Part shown: positions 55,786 through 64,000 of the stretch, piece by piece
Position numbering within the stretch: position 1 is the stretch's first letter
How the letters are laid out: each line of letters opens with the position of its first letter
Assembly (NCBI GenBank): GCA_014376695.1
Contig: JACMRA010000003.1
Location: forward strand, 7,881-71,880
Source of the DNA: Minisyncoccota bacterium
GTDB taxonomy: Bacteria; Patescibacteriota; JACMRA01
Direction: 5' to 3'
Length of the DNA stretch: 64,000 nt
The notes under the pieces: model-generated
Seen by the model: only the letters and a program-made list of their open reading frames with translations
What the model was told of the DNA's origin: nothing
Databases searched by the model: none
Program-made: the position numbers and the translations under genes

Positions 55786-56937
55786 TTAGATAATATTGAT
55801 TGTAGACAATCTAGAGATAAACTCCTTAAATTTATCTACCGTTACAATCTCTTCTTCTGTATTCTCATATGTGTCTTTGAAGGTTTTTGTAATCTTACCT
55901 TTTCTAGTTTTAATCTCAATTGCTTTGTGCTGACCATCTTTGGTAAGTACCAGATCAACTTCACTCCCCCATTTTGTCCTCCAAAAATTAAGATTGTATC
56001 TCAACTTGTTATAATAATTTGCTTTCATAACTTCGGCAATTACAAAATTCTCAAATAGATTGCCATAATCTTTACGGTATTCAACAGGGCTAAAATCATT
56101 AATCAAGGCATTTCTCACTCCGAGATCATAGAAATACACTTTTTCAGTTTTACCAATTTCATCTCGCCTTTTATTAGTGTATGGAGCCAAGGTAAAGATA
56201 ATATAAGATTTTTTTAGGATCTCTATATAATCTACAACGGTGATTCTGGATATACCAATTCTATCGGCAATTTCAGAATAGTTGACTAGCTGGCCAACTT
56301 GATAGGCCAATAGCTTAAGTACAGCAATTAGATTTTTGGTATTTTTGACTATATTGAGATAGTAAATATCTTTCAGGATGATACTGTCAACTAATTCAAT
56401 TAGATACTCTTCTTTTTGAGATGGGGATGAAATATTAATCTGTCCTGGATACAGGCCGTAAAGCATTATTTGATTAATCGAGGGTTCTAACTGGTTGGTT
56501 TGGATTTGCAACTCTCGATAGCTTAAAGGATACATTAAGATTGTTTTTTTTCGACCCGCTAGAGATTCGCTTGCTGTATTGGCTATTTCTAGCGCCGAAG
56601 AGCCTGATATGATCAGTTTATACTCTTTAAGTTCATCGTAGATGACCTTGGCAACTAATCCTGGATCTTTGAGCCGCTGAACTTCGTCCAAAATAATACT
56701 TTTAGTTTGGCTTTTGTCCAGAGAGTCAAATAATTCTTTGATTTTGTTAGTATCGCGAGAATTGAGGACATCGATGTAATCTGACTTTTCTATATTAATA
56801 TAAGTCGAATCAGGGAAACTGTTTTTTAACAGGGTGGTTTTACCAATTTGTCTTGGGCCAAGTAAGACCAGGACTTTGTCCGTTGGCTTTAGTAATTCAT
56901 CTTGGATAATCCTATCTTGGTTGATAATTTTTTGCAT
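55786..56937 (-). CDS. AAA+ ATPase, AAA_14/DUF4143 family
   Basis: GPRQIGKTT, ILDEVQ, SGSS, ESLAGR, KVYFYDLGVRN, FWRT..SEVDLV..IEIK. Confidence 0.9.
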   Translation of the reverse strand: MQKIINQDRIIQDELLKPTDKVLVLLGPRQIGKTTLLKNSFPDSTYINIEKSDYIDVLNSRDTNKIKELFDSLDKSQTKSIILDEVQRLKDPGLVAKVIYDELKEYKLIISGSSALEIANTASESLAGRKKTILMYPLSYRELQIQTNQLEPSINQIMLYGLYPGQINISSPSQKEEYLIELVDSIILKDIYYLNIVKNTKNLIAVLKLLAYQVGQLVNYSEIADRIGISRITVVDYIEILKKSYIIFTLAPYTNKRRDEIGKTEKVYFYDLGVRNALINDFSPVEYRKDYGNLFENFVIAEVMKANYYNKLRYNLNFWRTKWGSEVDLVLTKDGQHKAIEIKTRKGKITKTFKDTYENTEEEIVTVDKFKEFISRLSTINII

Positions 56938-57188
56938 AATATACAAATTATAGGTCGAATATGTAACTACACTATACTAAAACTACCTACTTTTTGTCAA
57001 GTATGGCAATTTTGAATATTCTAGACTCTTGGTCAACTGGATAACCGCTCTAAAGAAATTCGAAATTGTGAATGAGAATTAATAACAAAAAAACCAACTT
57101 TTAGAGTTGGCATTGATGAGCAATACCCCCTCATAACAATTAGTTACGATTTATTATCAAAATTTGATAAATAGGAGCTTGCAGTTTC

Positions 57189-57425
57189 TTATTTGTTGAA
57201 ATGTTGCTCCAGCGCAACCAGGGCGCGTAAGTTGAAATTCAATCCGGAAACTTTTTTCTGATTAGCCTCAAATTTAACTTGGTCTCCATTGGATAATCGT
57301 AATTCAACCGTTTGGGTTTTCGCTTCCGGAAAATCATAGGTTGGTATAAAGACTGCTACTGCATCGAGGTTGAGGTAGAAGTATGGCGTTAACACGCCGT
57401 TAATTTCCCCGTTATTAATTCTCAT
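57189..57425 (-). CDS. Small hypothetical protein (78 aa from ATG 57425)
   Basis: ORF downstream of the (GT)6 promoter; beta-rich composition. Confidence 0.5.
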   Translation of the reverse strand: MRINNGEINGVLTPYFYLNLDAVAVFIPTYDFPEAKTQTVELRLSNGDQVKFEANQKKVSGLNFNLRALVALEQHFNK

Positions 57426-57457
57426 ATGAACACCGTTAAAGGCGAAACTGCAACCAT

Positions 57458-57486
57458 ACCCTAACACACACACACGATATTGTCAA
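57458..57486 (-). promoter_or_regulatory. Sigma70-type promoter with (GT)6 in the spacer
   Basis: TTGACA (57486-57481), 17-bp spacer atatc(GT)6, TAGGGT. Confidence 0.55.
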
Positions 57487-57600
57487 TTACACCAAAAATC
57501 ATAACATTTAGGTGGTTACAGAGTTGGTTGACAAAAGGACTTCAATCATCTTATATAGATATATATAGTCAATAACAGATTATTTAATCCAAAAAAACAT

Positions 57601-58188
57601 ATGTCCTTAGATTTAGTAAAAAGCATTAGAACCCGAACCGGTCTATCTTACAAAGATATTTTAAAAGCTGTTAATGAGCTTGGAATCCAAGATGAAGACA
57701 AAATCATAGATCATCTCAGGCAACAAGGCGTCCTAAAAGCCCAGGCCAAAGAAGGTCGCGAAACTGCTGAAGGCGGAATCTTTAGTTATGTTCACGAGGG
57801 TAAGCTTGGGGTAATTGTAATGCTAAAGTGCGAAACCGATTTTAATTCTCGTTCCGACGGGTTTAAGAAGATGGGTAATAATATCGCGCTACACATTGCG
57901 GCCAACCAACCTAAGTTTGTCAGCGTTGACCAAATGGATCAAGAATTCGTTGAAAAAGAAATGGCTCTTGCGCGAGAATTATTAATTAGCGAAGGCAAGC
58001 CCGAAGCACTCCTAGACAAAATTCTAGTCGGGAAAAAAGACGCACTTGCCAAAGAAGTCTGTTTAAATTCACAACCGTATTTGATTGATACTTCTATGAC
58101 TGTCGATGAGTATATCGCTACTATTTCTCACGCTACCGGCGAAAAGATTTTTGTCGAGAAGTTCGAAATTTATACTCTTGGAAATTAG
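57601..58188 (+). CDS. tsf: Elongation factor Ts (short form)
   Basis: VK.IR.RTG, R..AEG, CETDF, IALHIAA, L..Q. Confidence 0.9.
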   Translation: MSLDLVKSIRTRTGLSYKDILKAVNELGIQDEDKIIDHLRQQGVLKAQAKEGRETAEGGIFSYVHEGKLGVIVMLKCETDFNSRSDGFKKMGNNIALHIAANQPKFVSVDQMDQEFVEKEMALARELLISEGKPEALLDKILVGKKDALAKEVCLNSQPYLIDTSMTVDEYIATISHATGEKIFVEKFEIYTLGN

Positions 58189-58270
58189 CGGATTGCTTTA
58201 AACTAACCCACACAAAAATATAGCCCCTTTCAATTGAGTGGGGTTGTTTGTTAATACGAATTTCGTCGTT

Positions 58271-58738
58271 CTATATTTCTCCCAAACCTTCTTTTAGACG
58301 CTCAGCATTTATCATTGGTAATAATTCTTCGTCACTCAAATTAAGTAACCTGAATGTCTCGGATCTTTTCATTTCGCGAGTTTCCGAAAATGATAGGTTT
58401 GTAATACCGTTTCGCCAAATATAATCTACAATATCGATAATTTCATTTTCCGAAGGATTGGATTTCCTATCAAATACTTCTAATAAGCCCTTAAGATCTT
58501 GACTTTTAAGTTGCACGTCACCCGCAAAGTATAATTGAATGTCTCTTAATTGATTCGCGACTTTTGGATTATCAAATTTATTTACAAATTTTTTCATATA
58601 TGAGGACGGGGAGTCCCATATTTGTTTTTTGACGGTAATATTTGGATATTTTTTTTGCAATTGGCAGACAATCATCCATTGCTTTTCCTCTTTTAAAATA
58701 GGGGCTACTGGTTTATTATTAAGTTCCTTGATTTCCAT
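58271..58738 (-). CDS. Hypothetical protein
   Basis: 155 aa from ATG 58738; TTGACA-17-TACTAT upstream. Confidence 0.6.
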   Translation of the reverse strand: MEIKELNNKPVAPILKEEKQWMIVCQLQKKYPNITVKKQIWDSPSSYMKKFVNKFDNPKVANQLRDIQLYFAGDVQLKSQDLKGLLEVFDRKSNPSENEIIDIVDYIWRNGITNLSFSETREMKRSETFRLLNLSDEELLPMINAERLKEGLGEI

Positions 58739-58794
58739 ACTGTAATATATATTGTTATATAATATATAGTAACTCAAATGCTATAAATTGTCAA

Positions 58795-59448
58795 CTACTC
58801 CTCGAATGGTCTTGGGCAGGCTTCCCAGGCCCCTTTTTTGGCCTCGCGGGCAGTTACCATCCAGCTTTCGAAGTCTTTTTTGTAGGTGGTGTTGGGGCTG
58901 TAGCTTATAGCCCTGGAGTAGCCTTTTTTGACCATATCGGCGTTGAGACTCTGTGTGACATTGTTGCTATTGGCGTTTTCCTCGTCTAGGTAAATAAAGG
59001 CCAGTGTTCGGCCATATCGGTCGGTTGGATCTTTGTCAAAGTTGAGCCAGATGGTTTTTTGATCTACAAATTTTTTGTTATAGGCTTTTGCGTCCATTCC
59101 GTAGCACATTACGGGGGTATTAGGCTTGACCGTTTCGGGTGTATCCATATTAAGATAGCGGATTTTTCGCCCGTCGGTTAGTTCGATTGTATCACCGTCT
59201 ACTATTCGATTAACCGTAACTTTTTCGACTTGACCGGTCTTTGATTTGGCTGTTAATTTGGAGGGTGCTTTGCTTGGGGCTGAGCTAAAGCCCAGATCGC
59301 TAGCTACTTGAGTTGCCAAAGACTGTAGAATATTTGTTGTCGCAAGGTTGGTAGTCGGGAGCCACAAAAGCAAGCCAACTAGAGCCAGCAAAGCGCCACC
59401 GATAATTAGTAGTTGGGTAAATTTGAGTTTGGCTATTTGTTTTGGCAT
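58795..59448 (-). CDS. Membrane-anchored thermonuclease (SNase family)
   Basis: VDGDTI, IRY..MDTPE, DRYGRTLA. Confidence 0.9.
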   Translation of the reverse strand: MPKQIAKLKFTQLLIIGGALLALVGLLLWLPTTNLATTNILQSLATQVASDLGFSSAPSKAPSKLTAKSKTGQVEKVTVNRIVDGDTIELTDGRKIRYLNMDTPETVKPNTPVMCYGMDAKAYNKKFVDQKTIWLNFDKDPTDRYGRTLAFIYLDEENANSNNVTQSLNADMVKKGYSRAISYSPNTTYKKDFESWMVTAREAKKGAWEACPRPFEE

Positions 59449-59664
59449 AAATCACTTACTTGATTCTCTAGTATCTATAATTAAGTAGTAAATGCGATTA
59501 TGGGAGTTGTCAAAAAATTTTTGGCTGGAGTCTCGGAGGAGTCGTTCGCTTGGTCATAACTTGGCTATTCTATAAATTTAGCTAAAAAATCCTTTGACAC
59601 AAATTTTATTTAGAGATAGGGGTTAACTAGTTATTAATTTCTATTTAAATATTTAACTAAATTT

Positions 59665-60072
59665 ATGCTTTCTAAAGAATTAGCTTATCCAGCACTGGCA
59701 ACAATTATGGCCATAATAGTATTTCTTTTTCAGTCAAAAAATGTTGCAAAAGGGAGGATTAAATACAATGTATTATCCCCAAAAACCATGGGTCACAATG
59801 ACAATTTTGATAGGATTTTTAGGGTTCATTTGAATACACTTGAACAGATGCCGATATTCTTACCTCTACTTTGGATTTTTGCACTGACAATTAGCCCTAT
59901 TTATTCATTTGGACTAGGTGTTGCGTGGTCAATTGGGCGTATTGCTTATTCGATAGGATATTACAAATCAGCCGAAGGTCGTCATAATTTAATCGGTTAT
60001 TTGTCCGATTTAGCTAGTTTAATTCTTATGGTAGGTTCAGTTATAGGGTCAATTATGCTACTTGTTAAATAG
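59665..60072 (+). CDS. MAPEG-family membrane protein
   Basis: R....V..P...G...F.R.FR.H.NTLE....FLP, GR..Y..GY. Confidence 0.85.
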   Translation: MLSKELAYPALATIMAIIVFLFQSKNVAKGRIKYNVLSPKTMGHNDNFDRIFRVHLNTLEQMPIFLPLLWIFALTISPIYSFGLGVAWSIGRIAYSIGYYKSAEGRHNLIGYLSDLASLILMVGSVIGSIMLLVK

Positions 60073-60416
60073 AGGTCTGAACTGACTTTTGCAGGGTTAC
60101 TTGCTTGTGAATGGACTTATTTCTGATTGGCATTTTGGACTTCTTGAGTGTCAATTCGTACTGGCCTCATTTTTGGATATGTTTTGCAAATTGTTCCTAC
60201 ATTACCGAGGATTGATTTGGTTCAGAAATTAAAATTGAAATAATCAATCCGGACAGATACAAGATAGAATAAAGTTTTGTCTATACAAATCAAGTAAGAG
60301 GATTGACAAGGGTAAATAAACGATAATCTAAAGAGCTGTGAAACATTTGTCAACTTCGGCATTTACAAAATATGACTAATCAGAACCGATTTAGGTTAGT
60401 TTTTGCGGGCTTAAAA

Positions 60417-60806
<390 letters not shown>

Positions 60807-60972
60807 TTATAAAACACTAAGAAATCTGGGAAAAATGGCATAGTGTATTATAATCTAGTCATTTTGATATAGTACTATATATCATATTTAGCTTATTTTG
60901 ATATATATATGTCAAATTTAATTCAGTAAGCCTTCATGAAGTGCCTAACCCAAACTAATTTTTGCGGACAAC

Positions 60973-61968
60973 CTAAAAGACCAAATTATCCCAGTCCATA
61001 ACTTTGGTCTCGGTTTGTCTGGCGTAATTGGTACGGCTTTTTTCGAAGAAGTTGTCTTTGCGTTTTTGACCAATTTCGGCCATAAATAAAAATGGTTGAG
61101 CTACGTTATAATGCTTTGGGCAACCTAGTTCGGCAAGCCAAGTGTCAGCTACAAATTGCACATATTGGACCATTAAATCTTGATTCATACCGAATAATTT
61201 GTTTGGCAGGGCGTGTCTGACGAACTCGACTTCTAAATCAACGGCACTTGTAATAATTTCCATAATTCTATCTTTGGAAGGCTTGGAAATTCCCGAAAAT
61301 TGATTGATTAATAAGCAGGCAAATTCGGCGTGCATTGTTTCGTCTCGAGAAATATATTCGTTGGCAACTCCAAGCGAATTGGCCAAAATACCACGATCTC
61401 GAAGCCAAAAAATTGAAGCAAAACTGCCTGCAAAAAAGATCCCCTCAACGGCCAAAAAGGCTACCATTCTTTCGAAGAAATCATTGTCAGCTTCCATCCA
61501 TTTTTGACACCACTGGGCTTTTTTCTTGATGACGGGATGATTATTAATCGAGTCAAAAAGGTGGTCGCGTTCTTCGGTCGAGGTTATAAAAGTGGTGATT
61601 AGCTGTGAGTAAGTCTTGGCGTGGACAGCTTCCATCATAGCTTGAAAATAATAAAAATATCTGACTTCGGGAATCTGAACATTCTGGATAAAATTCATTA
61701 CAATATTCTCATTGACAATCGAATCGGAAGCCGCAAAAAAACCAAGGATTTGCTTAATAAAACTTTGCTCGTCCCAAGTCAACAGCTCCCATTGAGCGGC
61801 GTCGTGGGTTAGATTAATATCGGAGGACAGCCAAATATTTGCCTCTTGTTTGTTGCACATATCGACAATAATGTTGTTAGCATTAGGGGTAAAAATTACA
61901 TACGGATTGGTAGTGCTGTTAGGGGCCAGTAGGGGTGAATTGACTAGGATGGTGGAGTTGGAGGACAT
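60973..61968 (-). CDS. nrdB: Class Ia ribonucleotide reductase beta subunit
   Basis: FFAASD.IVNEN, E.VH..TY (radical Tyr), VEGIFF.GSF, SRDE..H, NFFE....Y. Confidence 0.9.
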   Translation of the reverse strand: MSSNSTILVNSPLLAPNSTTNPYVIFTPNANNIIVDMCNKQEANIWLSSDINLTHDAAQWELLTWDEQSFIKQILGFFAASDSIVNENIVMNFIQNVQIPEVRYFYYFQAMMEAVHAKTYSQLITTFITSTEERDHLFDSINNHPVIKKKAQWCQKWMEADNDFFERMVAFLAVEGIFFAGSFASIFWLRDRGILANSLGVANEYISRDETMHAEFACLLINQFSGISKPSKDRIMEIITSAVDLEVEFVRHALPNKLFGMNQDLMVQYVQFVADTWLAELGCPKHYNVAQPFLFMAEIGQKRKDNFFEKSRTNYARQTETKVMDWDNLVF

Positions 61969-62212
61969 AGTTTGGAGGAGTTTACGGCAAGTTAAAATAG
62001 CTATCAATACTATATATAGTGGTCAATCTTAATTCTGACTACTACATATGGATATTTTGTTATAATAATATTTGTAGAGAATATTAAAATTCTTGTCAAT
62101 TTATTTAGCATTTTGGGCGTTTGGAGTATTGTTTGACAGGCTTGACGATTATATAATATTCTTTTAGCTTTGTTAATGTCCCTCAAAATCATAAAAATTA
62201 TAAAACACAAAT

Positions 62213-63919
62213 ATGCTAAGACGACTCTTACTTGTCCTGATTGACAAAGAACTTCGAAACAAATTATTGATGGTACTAGGCTTATTGGTCTGCGCTCGGA
62301 TTCTAACGCACGTACCAATTCCAGTACTTACAAACACAGATATATCAGACTTAATCAACAATGATGCCATTTACAACTTACTTAACGTAGTTTCTGGGGG
62401 TGGTTACGGTAACTTAAGCTTCGTGATGCTTGGACTTGGACCCTATATTACAGCGACTATCGTCTTTCAGTTGCTCGGGGTAATTGTTCCAAAAATTAAC
62501 GAAATCCAAAAAGAAGAGGGCGAAATCGGGCGAAATAAAATCAATCGATGGACACGGTTTGCAGTTATTCCACTTGCGGCAATTAACGGTTGGGGCGTAC
62601 TTCAATTTTTATCATCCCAAAACAGCGGTGGGCAAGGAGCTAAGGTACAATTACCTGCCGTGCTTACCACTTCGGATCTTTCGGTTAGTTTCCCACACTG
62701 GTCACTAGTTATCATGTCACTTGTGGCTGGAAGTATTATTATGATGTGGATTGGGGAAATTATTACCGAACTCAAAATGGGAAACGGAATTTCATTAATG
62801 ATCCTTGCCGGTATCGTTATTAAGCTTCCATCTCAAATGGTCAAATTCGTCAAAGATGTTCTACCTAACGTTGGAAATATCTGGAATAAGATTGCTGGAG
62901 ATCCCTCTGTCCTAACTCGATTAGATAATTACAGGGATTTATTCTGGGACGGCCCAGCTTGGAACCCAACCCGAGTCTTAATACTATATTTTGTAATATT
63001 TTTCTTCACGCTTGCTTTTGTTATTTATGTTAATGATGCGGTACGCAAACTTGCAGTTGTCTATTCTCGGCGTGGAGCTAGTGAGGGTCGCTCAAGATTA
63101 CTAGATAATATCAAGGCAACACTTCCAATTAAGGTTAATATGGCTGGAGTTCTCCCAATTATCTTTGCGGTTTACTTTATTCTCTTTCCAAGTATTATGT
63201 CGAGATTCTTCTTCACGGCTAATATTCCTCAGATTAAAGACACGGCCCAAGTGGTTGAACAGTATTTGAGTACCCAAAGAAAACCAAACTTCTTCAATGA
63301 AAAAGCTGCCGAAATTCCTAAGAACAATTTTTTGGGCTTATACGCTACAAGTACACCAAGTCAGATTGAGGCAGCTAAGCTCCAAGATACGACTCAAGGT
63401 CAAGAATTATTTGGCTTTACTATTAGTACCCAAAAAGACGTTGACAATTCATATTTTGAGGGGACGCCAATTAACTTCAAATTCAAGGGGAATAATCTCG
63501 GATTCTTGCCTGAATTTAGCTTGAGACATAATGGAGTGCTGGCTTATAGTTTTTATTACTTTATATTAATTATATTCTTTACTTATTTCTACACCTCAAC
63601 TATCGCCTTCAAGACCGAAGAGGTTGCCCAAAATCTGCAAGAATCGGGTGCTTATATTCCAGGCTTTCGCCCCGGCAAAGAAACTGCGGATTATCTTGGA
63701 TATGTCTCTAATCGACTGAATGTAGCTGGAAGTTTATTCTTGGCACTCATCGCTTCGGTACCTCTCCTGTTCTCCGAATCCTTGCAATTAGGAGATGGAA
63801 CGCTGACTGCCATTGTAGGAGGAACGACTCTGCTTATTTTGGTATCTGTAACTACCGAAACTCTCAAACAGATTGAAGCGCAGGCAAGTATCGTCGATTA
63901 CGATCGTTTCGCTAAATAA
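62213..63919 (+). CDS. secY: Preprotein translocase subunit SecY (568 aa, with insertions)
   Basis: LGLGPYITA.I, WIGE.IT..GNGISL, N.AGV.PIIFA, YIPGFRPG.ETA.YL, GGTTLLI.V.V. Confidence 0.95.
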   Translation: MLRRLLLVLIDKELRNKLLMVLGLLVCARILTHVPIPVLTNTDISDLINNDAIYNLLNVVSGGGYGNLSFVMLGLGPYITATIVFQLLGVIVPKINEIQKEEGEIGRNKINRWTRFAVIPLAAINGWGVLQFLSSQNSGGQGAKVQLPAVLTTSDLSVSFPHWSLVIMSLVAGSIIMMWIGEIITELKMGNGISLMILAGIVIKLPSQMVKFVKDVLPNVGNIWNKIAGDPSVLTRLDNYRDLFWDGPAWNPTRVLILYFVIFFFTLAFVIYVNDAVRKLAVVYSRRGASEGRSRLLDNIKATLPIKVNMAGVLPIIFAVYFILFPSIMSRFFFTANIPQIKDTAQVVEQYLSTQRKPNFFNEKAAEIPKNNFLGLYATSTPSQIEAAKLQDTTQGQELFGFTISTQKDVDNSYFEGTPINFKFKGNNLGFLPEFSLRHNGVLAYSFYYFILIIFFTYFYTSTIAFKTEEVAQNLQESGAYIPGFRPGKETADYLGYVSNRLNVAGSLFLALIASVPLLFSESLQLGDGTLTAIVGGTTLLILVSVTTETLKQIEAQASIVDYDRFAK

Positions 63920-63952
63920 AAAAAGCATGGTTAAGGCTATCAAACATTTTAG

Positions 63953-63975
63953 GACTCCTTCGGGAGTCTTTTTTT
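63953..63975 (+). terminator. Intrinsic terminator after secY
   Basis: GACTCC-TTCG-GGAGTC plus T7. Confidence 0.85.
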
Positions 63976-64000
63976 GGGTTAAAATTGGGTTAAAATTGAC

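Noticed and set aside
60073-60416. Intergenic stretch after the MAPEG gene as an ncRNA
   Set aside because: No convincing structure; looks like decayed coding fragments next to a pseudogene

Overview
AT-rich, gene-dense bacterial chromosome segment in the standard genetic code. Its content resembles a reduced Patescibacteria/CPR-type genome; this is an inference from the CPR-style bS21 and LigA N-terminus, several DUF4143 AAA ATPases, competence genes, a sortase and few Shine-Dalgarno sites. It holds mostly housekeeping genes, 7 tRNAs and a probable replication origin at about 32.6-32.9 kb. Gene order is heavily scrambled: the S10/spc/str/L10 clusters, gatCAB, nrdAB and the transketolase halves are all broken up. 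Main observations: (1) four normally single-chain essential proteins occur only as clean stand-alone halves (AlaRS-N, GyrB/ParE-N, LigA-N, Der-C), suggesting a system of split proteins assembled in trans; (2) a sortase has Ser in place of its catalytic Cys, and two surface proteins end in xxRTG-TM-basic tails; (3) there is a rare tRNA-Ile(UAU); (4) a promoter-driven, structured, A-rich ncRNA candidate of about 360 nt; (5) duplicated cassettes encode secreted cationic two-Cys peptides and carry (GT)n tracts in their promoter spacers. All calls were made by eye; no database searches were run.
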